From Eledone cirrhosa (taxonomy: Eukaryota), in NCBI GenBank assembly GCA_964016885.1, contig OZ024742.1, forward strand, positions 354,764,001-354,828,000: a stretch of DNA of 64,000 nucleotides, written 5' to 3'. The notes under the pieces were generated by a model. That model saw only the letters and a program-made list of their open reading frames with translations, was not told where the DNA came from and did no database searches. A program made the position numbers and the translations under genes. This document shows positions 24,601-42,600 of this stretch, piece after piece. How positions within the stretch are numbered: the stretch's first letter is position 1; each line of letters starts with the position of its first letter.

Positions 24601-27600
24601 CGTCTTAACTACCACAACTACCACTAATACTATCCCAACACATTCGTCTTAACTACCACAACTACAACTAATGCTATCCCAACACATTCGTCTTAACTAC
24701 CACAACTACCACTAATGCTATCCCAACACCTTCGTCTTAACTACCACAACTACAACTAATGCTATCCCAACACCTTCTTCTTAACTACCACAACTACCAC
24801 TAATACTATCCCAAGACCTTCGTCTTAACTACCACAACTACCACTAATGCTATCCCAACACCTTCGTCTTAACTACCACAACTACCACTAATACTATCCC
24901 AACACCTTCGTCTTAACTACCACAACTACAACTAATGCTATCCCAACACCTTCGTCTTAACTACCACAACTACCACTAATACTATCCCAACACCTTCGTC
25001 TTAACTACCACAACAACCACTAATGCTATCCCAACACCTTCGTCTTAACTACCACAACTACAACTAATACTATCCAAACACCTTCGTCTTAACTACCACA
25101 ACTACAACTAATACTATCCCAACACTTTCGTCTTAACTACCACAACTACCACTAATACTATCCCAACACCTTCGTCTTAACTACCACAACTACCACTAAT
25201 ACTATCCCAACACCTTCGTCTTAACTACCACAACTACCACTAATAGTATCCCAACACCTTCGTCTTAACTACCACAACTACAACTAATACTATCCCAACA
25301 CCTTCGTCTTAACTACCACAACTACCACTAATGCTATCCCAACACCTTCGTCTTAACTAACAGGACTACCACTAATACTATCCCAACACCTTCGTCTTAA
25401 CTACCACAACTACCACTAATGCTATCCCAACACATTCGTCTTAATTACCACAACTACCACTAATACTATCCCAACACTTTCGTCTTAACTACCACAACTA
25501 CCACTAATGCTATCCCAACACCTTCGTCTTAACTACCACAACTACCACTAATGCTATCCCAACACCTTCGTCTTAACTACCAAAACAACCACTAATTCTA
25601 TCCCAACACCTTCGTCTTAACTACCACAACTACCACTAATGCTATCCCAACACCTTCGTCTTAACTACCACAACTAACACTAATGCTATCCCAACACCTT
25701 CGTCTTAACTACCATAACTACCACTAATACTATCCCAACACCTTCCTCTTAACTACCACAACTACCACTAATACTATCCCAACACCTTCGTCTTAACTAC
25801 CACAACTACAACTAATGCTATCCCAACACCTTCCTCTTAACTACCACAACTACCACTAATACTATCCCAACACCTTCGTCTTAACTACCACAACTACCAC
25901 TAATACTATCCCAACACCTTCGTCTTAACTACCATAACTACCACTAATACTATCCCAACACCTTCCTCTTAACTACCACAACTACCACTAATACTATCCC
26001 AACACCTTCGTCTTAACTACCATAACTACCACTAATACTATCCCAACACCTTCCTCTTAACTACCACAACTACCACTAATACTATCCCAACACCTTCGTC
26101 TTAACTACCATAACTACCACTAATACTATCCCAACACCTTCCTCTTAACTACCACAACTACAACTAATACTATCCCAACACCTTCGTCTTAACTACCATA
26201 ACTACCACTAATACTATCCCAACACCTTCGTCTTAACTACCACAACTACCACTAATACTATCCCAACACCTTCGTCTTCACTACCACAACTACCACTAAT
26301 ACTATCCCAACACCTTCGTCTTAACTACCACAACTACCACTAATACTATCCCAACACCTTCGTCTTAACTACCACAACTACCACTAATACTATCCCAACA
26401 CCTTCCTCTTAACTACCACAACTACCACTAATACTATCCCAACACCTTCGTCTTAACTACCACAACTACCACTAATACTATCCCAACACCTTCGTCTTAA
26501 CTACCACAACTACCACTAATTTTATCCCAACACCTTCCTCTTAACTACCACAACTACCACTAATACAATCCCAACACCTTCGTCTTAACTACCACAACTA
26601 CCACTAATACTATCCCAACACCTTCGTCTTAACTACCACAACTACCACTAATACTATCCCAACACCTTCGTCCCAACTACCATAACTACCACTAATACTA
26701 TCCCAACACCTTCGTCTTAACTACCACAACTACAACTAATGTTATCCCAACACATTCGTCTTAACTACCACAACTACCACTAATACTATCCCAACACCTT
26801 CGTCTTAACTACCACAACTACCACTAATACTATCCCAACATCTTCGTCTTAACTACCACAACTACCACTAATAATATCCGAACACCTTCGTCTTAACTAC
26901 TACAAATACCACTAATACTATCCCAACATCTTCGTCTTAACTACCACAACTACAACTAATGTTATCCCAACACATTCGTCTTAACTACCACAACTACCAC
27001 TAATACTATCCCAACACCTTCGTCTTAACTACCACAACTACCACTAATACTATCCCAACACCTCCGTCTTAACTACCACAACTACAACTAATACTATCCC
27101 AACACCTTCGGCTTAACTACCACAACTACCACTAATGCTATCCCAACACCTTCGTCTTAACTACCAGGACTACCACTAATACTATCCCAACACCTTCGTC
27201 TTAACTACCACAACTACAACTAATACTATCCCAACACCTTCGTCTTAACTACCACAACTACCACTAATGCTATCCCAACACCTTCGTCTTAACTACCACA
27301 ACTACCACTAATGCTATCCCAACACCTTCGTCTTAACTACCACAACTACCACTAATGCTATCCCAACACCTTCGTCTTAACTACCACAACTACAACTAAT
27401 GCTATCCCAACACCTTCCTCTTAACTACCACAACTACCACTAATACTATCCCAACACCTTCGTCTTAACTACCACAACTACCACTAATGCTATCCCAACA
27501 CCTTCGTCTTAACTACCACAACTACCACTAATGCTATCCCAACACCTTCGTCTTAACTACCACAACTACAACTAATGCTATCCCAACACCTTCCTCTTAA

Positions 27601-30600
27601 CTACCACAACTACCACTAATACTATCCCAACACCTTCGTCTTAACTACCACAACTACCACTAATGCTATCCCAACACCTTCGTCTTAACTACCACAACTA
27701 CAACTAATGCTATCCCAACACCTTCCTCTTAACTACCACAACTACCACTAATACTATCCCAACACTTTCGTCTTAACTACCACAACTACCACTAATGCTA
27801 TCCCAACACCTTCGTCTTAACTACCACAACTACCACTAATGCTATCCCAACACCTTCGTCTTAACTACCACAACTACAACTAATGCTATCCCAACACCTT
27901 CCTCTTAACTACCACAACTACCACTAATTCTATCCCAACACATTCGTCTTAACTACCACAACTACCACTAATACTATCCCAACACCTTCCTCTTAACTAC
28001 CACAACTACCACTAATACTATCCCAACACCTTCGTCTTAACTACCACAACTACCACTAATACTATCGCAACACCTTCCTCTTAACTACCACAACTACCAC
28101 TAATACTATCCCAACACCTTCGTCTTAACTACCACAACTACCACTAATACTATCCCAACACCTTCCTCTTAACTACCACAACTACCACTAATACTATCCC
28201 AACACCTTCGTCTTAACTACCACAACTACCACTAATACTATCGCAACACCTTCCTCTTAACTACCACAACTACCACTAATACTATCCCAACACCTTCGTC
28301 TTAACTACCACAACTACCACTAATTCTATCCCAACACATTCGTCTTAACTACCACAACTACCACTAATACTATCCCAACACCTTCGTCCCAACTACCACA
28401 ACTACCACTAATACTATCCCAACACCTTCGTCTTAACTACCACAACTACCACTAATACTATCCCAACACCTTCGTCTTCACTACCACAACTACCACTAAT
28501 ACTATCCCAACACCTTCGTCTTAACTACCACAGCTACCACTAATATTATCCCAACACCTTCGTCTTAACTACCACAACTACCACTAATACTATCCCAACA
28601 CCTTCGTCTTAACTACCACAACTACCACTAATACTATCCCAACACCTTCGTCTTAACTACCACAACTACCACTAATACTATCCCAACACCTTCGTCTTAA
28701 CTACCACAACTACCACTAATACTATCCCAACACCTTCGTCTTAACTACCACAACTACCACTAATACTATCCCAACACCTTCGTCTTAACTACCACAACTA
28801 CCACTAATACTATCCCAACACCTTCGTCTTCACTACCACAGCTACCACTAATATTATCCCAACACCTTCGTCTTAACTACCACAACTACCACTAATACTA
28901 TCCCAACACCTTCGTCTTAACTACCACAACTACCACTAATACTATCCCAACACCTTCGTCTTAACTACCACAACTACCACTAATACTATCCCAACACCTT
29001 CGTCTTAACTACCACAACTACCACTAATACTATCCCAACACCTTCGTCTTAACTACCACAACTACCACTAATACTATCCCAACACCTTCGTCTTAACTAC
29101 CACAACTACCACTAATACTATCCCAACACCTTCCTTTTAACTACCACAACTAACACTAATACTATACCAACACCTTCGTCTTAACTACCACAACTACTAC
29201 TAATACTATCCCAACACCTTCCTCTTAACTACCACAACTACCACTAATACTATCCCAACACCTTCGTCCCAACTACCACAACTACCACTAATACTATCCC
29301 AACACCTTCGTCTTAACTACCACAACTACCACTAATACTATCCCAACACATTCGTCTTAACTACCACAACTACAACTAATGCTATCCCAACACCTTCGTC
29401 CCAACTACCACAACTACAACTAATGCTATCCCAACACCTTCGTCCCAACTACCACAACTACCACTAATACTATCCCAACACCTTCGTCCCAACTACCACA
29501 ACTACAACTAATGCTATCCCAACACATTCGTCTTAACTACCACAACTACCACTAATGCTATCCCAACACCTTCGTCTTAACTACCACAACTACAACTAAT
29601 ACTATCCCAGCACATTCGTCTTAACTACCACAACTACCACTAATACTATCCCAACACCTTCGTCTTAACTACCACAACTACAACTAATGATATCCCAACA
29701 CATTCGTCTTAACTACCACAACTACCACTAATGCTATCCCAACACCTTCGTCTTAACTACCACAACTACCACTAATACTATCCCAACACCTTCGTCTTAA
29801 CTACCAAAACTACAACTAATACTATCCCAACACATTCGTCTTAACTACCACAACTACCACTAATACTATCCCAACACATTCGTCTTAACTACCACAACTA
29901 CAACAAATGCTATCCCAACACCTTCGTCCCAACTACCACAACTACCACTAATACTATCCCAACACCTTCGTCTTAACTACCACAACTACCACTAATGCTA
30001 TCCCAACACCTTCGTCCCAACTACCACAACTACCACTAATACTATCCCAACACCTTCGTCTTAACTACCACAACTACAACTAATGCTATCCCAACACATT
30101 CGTCCCAACTACCACAACTACCACTAATACTATCCCAACACATTCGTCTTAACTACCACAACTACCACTAATACTATCCCAACACATTCGTCTTAACTAC
30201 CACAACTACAACTAATGCTATCCCAACACATTCGTCTTAACTACCACAACTACCACTAATGCTATCCCAACACCTTCGTCTTAACTACCACAACTACAAC
30301 TAATGCTATCCCAACACCTTCTTCTTAACTACCACAACTACCACTAATACTATCCCAAGACCTTCGTCTTAACTACCACAACTACCACTAATGCTATCCC
30401 AACACCTTCGTCTTAACTACCACAACTACCACTAATACTATCCCAACACCTTCGTCTTAACTACCACAACTACAACTAATGCTATCCCAACACCTTCGTC
30501 TTAACTACCACAACTACCACTAATACTATCCCAACACCTTCGTCTTAACTACCACAACTACCACTAATGCTATCCCAACACCTTCGTCTTAACTACCACA

Positions 30601-33600
30601 ACTACAACTAATACTATCCAAACACCTTCGTCTTAACTACCACAACTACAACTAATACTATCCCAACACTTTCGTCTTAACTACCACAACTACCACTAAT
30701 ACTATCCCAACACCTTCGTCTTAACTACCAGAACTACCACTAATACTATCCCAACACCTTCGTCTTAACTACCACAACTACCACTAATAGTATCCCAACA
30801 CCTTCGTCTTAACTACCACAACTACAACTAATACTATCCCAACACCTTCGTCTTAACTACCACAACTACCACTAATGCTATCCCAACACCTTCGTCTTAA
30901 CTAACAGGACTACCACTAATACTATCCCAACACCTTCGTCTTAACTACCACAACTACCACTAATGCTATCCCAACACATTCGTCTTAATTACCACAACTA
31001 CCACTAATACTATCCCAACACTTTCGTCTTAACTACCACAACTACCACTAATGCTATCCCAACACCTTCGTCTTAACTACCACAACTACCACTAATGCTA
31101 TCCCAACACCTTCGTCTTAACTACCAAAACAACCACTAATTCTATCCCAACACCTTCGTCTTAACTACCACAACTACCACTAATACTATCCAAACACCTT
31201 CCTCTTAACTACCACAACTACCACTAATACTATCCCAACACCTTCCTCTTAACTACCATAACTACCACTAATACTATCCCAACACCTTCGTCTTAACTAC
31301 CACAACTACCACTAATACTATCCCAACACCTTCGTCCCAACTACCACAACTACAACTAATGCTATCCCAACACATTCGTCTTAACTACCACAACTACCAC
31401 TAATGCTATCCCAACACCTTCGTCTTAACTACCACAACTACAACTAATACTATCCCAACACATTCGTCTTAACTACCACAACTACCACTAATACTATCCC
31501 AACACCTTCGTCTTAACTACCACAACTACAACTAATGATATCCCAACACATTCGTCTTAACTACCACAACTACCACTAATGCTATCCCAACACCTTCGTC
31601 TTAACTACCACAACTACCACTAATACTATCCCAACACCTTCGTCTTAACTACCAAAACTACAACTAATACTATCCCAACACATTCGTCTTAACTACCACA
31701 ACTACCACTAATACTATCCCAACACATTCGTCTTAAATACCACAACTACAACAAATGCTATCCCAACACCTTCGTCCCAACTACCACAACTACCACTAAT
31801 ACTATCCCAACACCTTCGTCTTAACTACCACAACTACCACTAATGCTATCCCAACACCTTCGTCCCAACTACCACAACTACCACTAATACTATCCCAACA
31901 CCTTCGTCTTAACTACCACAACTACAACTAATGCAATCCCAACACATTCGTCCCAACTACCACAACTACCACTAATACTATCCCAACACATTCGTCTTAA
32001 CTACCACAACTACCACTAATACTATCCCAACACATTCGTCTTAACTACCACAACTACAACTAATGCTATCCCAACACATTCGTCTTAACTACCACAACTA
32101 CCACTAATGCTATCCCAACACCTTCGTCTTAACTACCACAACTACAACTAATGCTATCCCAACACCTTCTTCTTAACTACCACAACTACCACTAATACTA
32201 TCCCAAGACCTTCGTCTTAACTACCACAACTACCACTAATGCTATCCCAACACCTTCGTCTTAACTACCACAACTACCACTAATACTATCCCAACACCTT
32301 CGTCTTAACTACCACAACTACAACTAATGCTATCCCAACACCTTCGTCTTAACTACCACAACTACCACTAATACTATCCCAACACCTTCGTCTTAACTAC
32401 CACAACAACCACTAATGCTATCCCAACACCTTCGTCTTAACTACCACAACTACAACTAATACTATCCAAACACCTTCGTCTTAACTACCACAACTACAAC
32501 TAATACTATCCCAACACTTTCGTCTTAACTACCACAACTACCACTAATACTATCCCAACACCTTCGTCTTAACTACCACAACTACCACTAATACTATCCC
32601 AACACCTTCGTCTTAACTACCACAACTACCACTAATAGTATCCCAACACCTTCGTCTTAACTACCACAACTACAACTAATACTATCCCAACACCTTCGTC
32701 TTAACTACCACAACTACCACTAATGCTATCCCAACACCTTCGTCTTAACTAACAGGACTACCACTAATGCTATCCCAACACATTCGTCTTAATTACCACA
32801 ACTACCACTAATACTATCCCAACACCTTCGTCTTAACTACCACAACTACCACTAATGCTATCCCAACACATTCGTCTTAATTACCACAACTACCACTAAT
32901 ACTATCCCAACACTTTCGTCTTAACTACCACAACTACCACTAATACTATCCCAACACCTTCGTCTTCACTACCACAACTACCACTAATACTATCCCAACA
33001 CCTTCGTCTTAACTACCACAACTACAACTAATGCTATCCCAACACCTTCGTCCCAACTACCACAACTACCACTAATACTATCCCAACACCTTCGTCCCAA
33101 CTACCACAACTACCACTAATACTATCCCAACACCTTCGTCCCAACTACCACAACTACAACTAATGCTATCCCAACACATTCGTCTTAACTACCACAACTA
33201 CCACTAATGTTATCCCAACACCTTCGTCTTAACTACCACAACTACAACTAATACTATCCCAGCACATTCGTCTTAACTACCACAACTACCACTAATACTA
33301 TCCCAACACCTTCGTCTTAACTACCACAACTACAACTAATGATATCCCAACACATTCGTCTTAACTACCACAACTACCACTAATGCTATCCCAACACCTT
33401 CGTCTTAACTACCACAACTACCACTAATACTATCCCAACACCTTCGTCTTAACTACCAAAACTACAACTAATATTATCCCAACACATTCGTCTTAACTAC
33501 CACAACTACCACTAATACTATCCCAACACATTCGTCTTAACTACCACAACTACAACAAATGCTATCCCAACACCTTCGTCCCAACTACCACAACTACCAC

Positions 33601-36600
33601 TAATACTATCCCAACACCTTCGTCTTAACTACCACAACTACCACTAATGCTATCCCAACACCTTCGTCCCAACTACCACAACTACCACTAATACTATCCC
33701 AACACCTTCGTCTTAACTACCACAACTACAACTAATGCTATCCCAACACATTCGTCCCAACTACCACAACTACCACTGATACTATCCCAACACATTCGTC
33801 TTAACTACCACAACTACCACTAATACTATCCCAACACATTCGTCTTAACTACCACAACTACAACTAATGCTATCCCAACACATTCGTCTTAACTACCACA
33901 ACTACCACTAATGCTATCCCAACACCTTCGTCTTAACTACCACAACTACAACTAATGCTATCCCAACACCTTCTTCTTAACTACCACAACTACCACTAAT
34001 ACTATCCCAAGACCTTCGTCTTAACTACCACAACTACCACTAATGCTATCCCAACACCTTCGTCTTAACTACCACAACTACCACTAATACTATCCCAACA
34101 CCTTCGTCTTAACTACCACAACTACAACTAATGCTATCCCAACACCTTCGTCTTAACTACCACAACTACCACTAATACTATCCCAACACCTTCGTCTTAA
34201 CTACCACAACTACCACTAATGCTATCCCAACACCTTCGTCTTAACTACCACAACTACAACTAATACTATCCAAACACCTTCGTCTTAACTACCACAACTA
34301 CAACTAATACTATCCCAACACTTTCGTCTTAACTACCACAACTACCACTAATACTATCCCAACACCTTCGTCTTAACTACCAGAACTACCACTAATACTA
34401 TCCCAACACCTTCGTCTTAACTACCACAACTACCACTAATAGTATCCCAACACCTTCGTCTTAACTACCACAACTACAACTAATACTATCCCAACACCTT
34501 CGTCTTAACTACCACAACTACCACTAATGCTATCCCAACACCTTCGTCTTAACTAACAGGACTACCACTAATACTATCCCAACACCTTCGTCTTAACTAC
34601 CACAACTACCACTAATGCTATCCCAACACATTCGTCTTAATTACCACAACTACCACTAATACTATCCCAACATTTTCGTCTTAACTACCACAACTACCAC
34701 TAATGCTATCCCAACACCTTCGTCTTAACTACCACAACTACCACTAATGCTATCCCAACACCTTCGTCTTAACTACCAAAACAACCACTAATTCTATCCC
34801 AACACCTTCGTCTTAACTACCACAACTACCACTAATACTATCCCAACACCTTCGTCTTAACTACCACAACTACCACTAATACTATCCCAACACCTTCGTC
34901 TTAACTACCACAACTACCACTAATACTATCCCAACACCTTCCTCTTAACTACCATAACTACCACTAATACTATCCCAACACCTTCGTCTTAACTACCACA
35001 ACTACCACTATTACTATCCCAACACCTTCGTCCCAACTACCACAACTACCACTAATACTATCCCAACACCTTCGTCCCAACTACCACAACTACAACTAAT
35101 GCTATCCCAACACATTCGTCTTAACTACCACAACTACCACTAATGCTATCCCAACACCTTCGTCTTAACTACCACAACTACAACTAATACTATCCCAACA
35201 CATTCGTCTTAACTACCACAACTACCACTAATACTATCCCAACACCTTCGTCTTAACTACCACAACTACAACTAATGATATCCCAACACATTCGTCTTAA
35301 CTACCACAACTACCACTAATGCTATCCCAACACCTTCGTCTTAACTACCACAACTACCACTAATACTATCCCAACACCTTCCTCTTAACTACCAAAACTA
35401 CAACTAATACTATCCCAACACATTCGTCTTAACTACCACAACTACCACTAATACTATCCCAACACATTCGTCTTAAATACCACAACTACAACAAATGCTA
35501 TCCCAACACCTTCGTCCCAACTACCACAACTACCACTAATACTATCCCAACACCTTCGTCTTAACTACCACAACTACCACTAATGCTATCCCAACACCTT
35601 CGTCCCAACTACCACAACTACCACTAATACTATCCCAACACCTTCGTCTTAACTACCACAACTACAACTAATGCAATCCCAACACATTCGTCCCAACTAC
35701 CACAACTACCACTAATACTATCCCAACACATTCGTCTTAACTACCACAACTACCACTAATACTATCCCAACACATTCGTCTTAACTACCACAACTACAAC
35801 TAATGCTATCCCAACACATTCGTCTTAACTACCACAACTACCACTAATGCTATCCCAACACCTTCGTCTTAACTACCACAACTACAACTAATGCTATCCC
35901 AACACCTTCTTCTTAACTACCACAACTACCACTAATACTATCCCAAGACCTTCGTCTTAACTACCACAACTACCACTAATGCTATCCCAACACCTTCGTC
36001 TTAACTACCACAACTACCACTAATACTATCCCAACACCTTCGTCTTAACTACCACAACTACAACTAATGCTATCCCAACACCTTCGTCTTAACTACCACA
36101 ACTACCACTAATACTATCCCAACACCTTCGTCTTAACTACCACAACAACCACTAATGCTATCCCAACACCTTCGTCTTAACTACCACAACTACAACTAAT
36201 ACTATCCAAACACCTTCGTCTTAACTACCACAACTACAACTAATACTATCCCAACACTTTCGTCTTAACTACCACAACTACCACTAATACTATCCCAACA
36301 CCTTCGTCTTAACTACCACAACTACCACTAATACTATCCCAACACCTTCGTCTTAACTACCACAACTACCACTAATAGTATCCCAACACCTTCGTCTTAA
36401 CTACCACAACTACAACTAATACTATCCCAACACCTTCGTCTTAACTACCACAACTACCACTAATGCTATCCCAACACCTTCGTCTTAACTAACAGGACTA
36501 CCACTAATACTATCCCAACACCTTCGTCTTAACTACCACAACTACCACTAATGCTATCCCAACACATTCGTCTTAATTACCACAACTACCACTAATACTA

Positions 36601-39600
36601 TCCCAACACTTTCGTCTTAACTACCACAACTACCACTAATGCTATCCCAACACCTTCGTCTTAACTACCACAACTACCACTAATGCTATCCCAACACCTT
36701 CGTCTTAACTACCAAAACAACCACTAATTCTATCCCAACACCTTCGTCTTAACTACCACAATCACCACTAATACTATCCAAACACCTTCCTCTTAACTAC
36801 CACAACTACCACTAATACTATCCCAACACCTTCCTCTTAACTACCATAACTACCACTAATACTATCCCAACACCTTCGTCTTAACTACCACAACTACCAC
36901 TAATACTATCCCAACACCTTCCTCTTAACTACCACAACTACCACTAATACTATCCCAACACCTTCGTCTTAACTACCACAACTACCACTAATACTATCCC
37001 AACACCTTCGTCTTAACTACCATAACTACCACTAATACTATCCCAACACCTTCCTCTTAACTACCACAACTACCACTAATACTATCCCAACACCTTCGTC
37101 TTCACTACCACAACTACCACTAATACTATCCCAACACCTTCGTCTTAACTACCACAACTACCACTAATACTATCCCAACACCTTCGTCTTAACTACCACA
37201 ACTACCACTAATACTATCCCAACACCTTCCTCTTAACTACCACAACTACCACTAATACTATCCCAACACCTTCGTCTTAACTACCACAACTACCACTAAT
37301 ACTATCGCAACACCTTCCTCTTAACTACCACAACTACCACTAATACTATCCCAACACCTTCGTCTTAACTACCACAACTACCACTAATACTATCCCAACA
37401 CCTTCGTCTTAACTACCACAACTACAACTAATGTTATCCCAACACATTCGTCTTAACTACCACAACTACCACTAATACTATCCCAACACCTTCGTCTTAA
37501 CTACCACAACTACCACTAATACTATCCCAACACCTTCGTCTTAACTACCATAACTACCACTAATACTATCCCAACACCTTCGTCTTAACTACCACAACTA
37601 CAACTAATGTTATCCCAACACATTCGTCTTAACTACCACAACTACCACTAATACTATCCCAACACCTTCGTCTTAACTACCACAACTACCACTAATACTA
37701 TCCCAACACCTCCGTCTTAACTACCACAACTACAACTAATACTATCCCAACACCTTCGTCTTAACTACCACAACTACCACTAATGCTATCCCAACACCTT
37801 CGTCTTAACTACCAGAACTACCACTAATACTATCCCAACACCTTCGTCTTAACTACTACAACTACCACTAATACTATCCCAACATCTTCGTCTTAACTAC
37901 CACAACTACCACTAATAATATCCGAACACCTTCGTCTTAACTACTACAAATACCACTAATACTATCCCAACACCTTCGTCCCAACTACCACAACTACCAC
38001 TAATACTATCCCAACACCTTCGTCTTAACTACCACAACTACCACTAATACTATCCCAACACCTTCGTCCCAACTACCACAACTACCACTAATACTATCCC
38101 AACACCTTCGTCTTAACTACCACAACTACAACTAATGCTATCCCAACACATTCGTCTTAACTACCACAACTACCACTAATGCTATCCCAACACCTTCGTC
38201 TTAACTACCACAACTACAACTAATGCTATCCCAACACCTTCGTCTTAACTACCACAACTACAACTAATGCTATCCCAACACCTTCGTCTTAACTACCACA
38301 ACTACCACTAATACTATCCCAACACCTTCGTCTTAACTACCACAACTACCACTAATGCTATCCCAACACCTTCGTCTTAACTACCACAACTACAACTAAT
38401 ACTATCCAAACACCTTCGTCTTAACTACCACAACTACAACTAATACTATCCCAACACCTTCGTCTTAACTACCACAACTACCACTAATACTATCCGAACA
38501 CCTTCGTCTTAACTACCACAACTACCACTAATACTATCCCAACACCTTCGTATTAACTACCACAACTACCACTAATATTATCCCAACACCTTCGTCTTAA
38601 CTACCACAACTACAACTAATACTATCCCAACACCTTCGTCTTAACTACCACAACTACCACTAATACTATCCCAACACCTTCGTCTTAACTACCAGGACTA
38701 CCACTAATACTATCCCAACACCTTCGTCTTAACTACCACAACTACCACTAATGCTATCCCAACACCTTCGTCTTAATTACCACAGCTACCAATAATACTA
38801 TCCCAACACTTTCGTCTTAACTACCACAACTACCACTAATGCTATCCCAACACCTTCGTCTTAACTACCACAACTACCACTAATGCTATCCCAACACCTT
38901 CGTCTTAACTACCACAACTACAACTAATGCTATCCCAACACCTTCCTCTTAACTACCACAACTACCACTAATACTATCCCAACACCTTCGTCTTAACTAC
39001 CACAACTACCACTAATACTATCCCAACACCTTCGTCTTAACTACCAGGACTACCACTAATACTATCCCAACACCTTCGTCTTAACTACCACAACTACCAC
39101 TAATGCTATCCCAACACCTTCGTCTTAATTACCACAGCTACCAATAATACTATCCCAACACTTTCGTCTTAACTACCACAACTACCACTAATGCTATCCC
39201 AACACCTTCGTCTTAACTACCACAACTACCACTAATGCTATCCCAACACCTTCGTCTTAACTACCACAACTACAACTAATGCTATCCCAACACCTTCGTC
39301 TTAACTACCACAACTACCACTAATACTATCCCAACACCTTCGTCTTAACTACCACAACTACCACTAATACTATCCCAACACCTTCCTCTTAACTACCACA
39401 ACTACCACTAATACTATCCCAACACCTTCGTCTTAACTACCACAACTACCACTAATACTATCGCAACACCTTCCTCTTAACTACCACAACTACCACTAAT
39501 ACTATCCCAACACCTTCGTCTTCACTACCACAGCTACCACTAATACTATCCCAACACCTTCGTCTTAACTACCACAACTACCACTAATACTATCCCAACA

Positions 39601-42600
39601 CCTTCGTCTTAACTACCACAACTACCACTAATACTATCCCAACACCTTCCTTTTAACTACCACAACTAACACTAATACTATCCCAACACCTTCGTCTTAA
39701 CTACCACAACTACTACTAATACTATCCCAACACCTTCCTCTTAACTACCACAACTACCACTAATACTATCCCAACACCTTCGTCCCAACTACCACAACTA
39801 CCACTAATACTATCCCAACACCTTCGTCTTAACTACCACAACTACCACTAATACTATCCCAACACATTCGTCTTAACTACCACAACTACAACTAATGCTA
39901 TCCCAACACATTCGTCCCAACTACCACAACTACAACTAATGCTATCCCAACACCTTCGTCCCAACTACCACAACTACCACTAATACTATCCCAACACCTT
40001 CGTCTTAACTACCACAACTACCACTAATACTATCCCAACACATTCGTCCCAACTACCACAACTACAACTAATGCTATCCCAACACCTTCGTCCCAACTAC
40101 CACAACTACCACTAATACTATCCCAACACCTTCGTCCCAACTACCACAACTACCACTAATACTATCCCAACACCTTCGTCCCAACTACCACAACTACAAC
40201 TAATGCTATCCCAACACATTCGTCTTAACTACCACAACTACCACTAATGCTATCCCAACACCTTCGTCTTAACTACCACAACTACAACTAATACTATCCC
40301 AGCACATTCGTCTTAACTACCACAACTACCACTAATACTATCCCAACACCTTCGTCTTAACTACCACAACTACAACTAATGATATCCCAACACATTCGTC
40401 TTAACTACCACAACTACCACTAATGCTATCCCAACACCTTCGTCTTAACTACCACAACTACCACTAATACTATCCCAACACCTTCGTCTTAACTACCAAA
40501 ACTACAACTAATACTATCCCAACACATTCGTCTTAACTACCACAACTACCACTAATACTATCCCAACACATTCGTCTTAACTACCACAACTACAACAAAT
40601 GCTATCCCAACACCTTCGTCCCAACTACCACAACTACCACTAATACTATCCCAACACCTTCGTCTTAACTACCACAACTACCACTAATGCTATCCCAACA
40701 CCTTCGTCCCAACTACCACAACTACCACTAATACTATCCCAACACCTTCGTCTTAACTACCACAACTACAACTAATGCTATCCCAACACATTCGTCCCAA
40801 CTACCACAACTACCACTAATACTATCCCAACACATTCGTCTTAACTACCACAACTACCACTAATACTATCCCAACACATTCGTCTTAACTACCACAACTA
40901 CAACTAATGCTATCCCAACACATTCGTCTTAACTACCACAACTACCACTAATGCTATCCCAACACCTTCGTCTTAACTACCACAACTACAACTAATGCTA
41001 TCCCAACACCTTCTTCTTAACTACCACAACTACCACTAATACTATCCCAAGACCTTCGTCTTAACTACCACAACTACCACTAATGCTATCCCAACACCTT
41101 CGTCTTAACTACCACAACTACCACTAATACTATCCCAACACCTTCGTCTTAACTACCACAACTACAACTAATGCTATCCCAACACCTTCGTCTTAACTAC
41201 CACAACTACCACTAATACTATCCCAACACCTTCGTCTTAACTACCACAACTACCACTAATGCTATCCCAACACCTTCGTCTTAACTACCACAACTACAAC
41301 TAATACTATCCAAACACCTTCGTCTTAACTACCACAACTACAACTAATACTATCCCAACACTTTCGTCTTAACTACCACAACTACCACTAATACTATCCC
41401 AACACCTTCGTCTTAACTACCACAACTACCACTAATACTATCCCAACACCTTCGTCTTAACTACCACAACTACCACTAATAGTATCCCAACACCTTCGTC
41501 TTAACTACCACAACTACAACTAATACTATCCCAACACCTTCGTCTTAACTACCACAACTACCACTAATGCTATCCCAACACCTTCGTCTTAACTAACAGG
41601 ACTACCACTAATACTATCCCAACACCTTCGTCTTAACTACCACAACTACCACTAATGCTATCCCAACACATTCGTCTTAATTACCACAACTACCACTAAT
41701 ACTATCCCAACACTTTCGTCTTAACTACCACAACTACCACTAATGCTATCCCAACACCTTCGTCTTAACTACCACAACTACCACTAATGCTATCCCAACA
41801 CCTTCGTCTTAACTACCAAAACAACCACTAATTCTATCCCAACACCTTCGTCTTAACTACCACAACTACCACTAATACTATCCCAACACCTTCCTCTTAA
41901 CTACCACAACTACCACTAATACTATCCCAACACCTTCGTCTTAACTACCACAACTACCACTAATACTATCCCAACACCTTCGTCTTAACTACCACAACTA
42001 CCACTAATACTATCCCAACACCTTCGTCTTAACTACCATAACTACCACTAATACTATCCCAACACCTTCCTCTTAACTACCACAACTACCACTAATACTA
42101 TCCCAACACCTTCGTCTTAACTACCACAACTACCACTAATACTATCCCAACACCTTCGTCTTAACTACCACAACTACCACTAATACTATCCCAACACCTT
42201 CGTCCCAACTACCACAACTACCACTAATACTATCCCAACACCTTCGTCCCAACTACCATAACTACCACTAATACTATCCCAACACCTTCGTCTTAACTAC
42301 CACAACTACCACTAATACTATCCCAACACCTTCGTCCCAACTACCATAACTACCACTAATACTATCCCAACACCTTCGTCTTAACTACCACAACTACAAC
42401 TAATGATATCCCAACACATTCGTCTTAACTACCACAACTACCACTAATACTATCCCAACACCTTCGTCTTAACTACCACAACTACCACTAATACTATCCC
42501 AACACCTTCGTCTTAACTACCACAACTACCACTAATACTATCCCAACACCTTCGTCTTAACTACCACAACTACCACTAATACTATCCCAACACCTTCGTC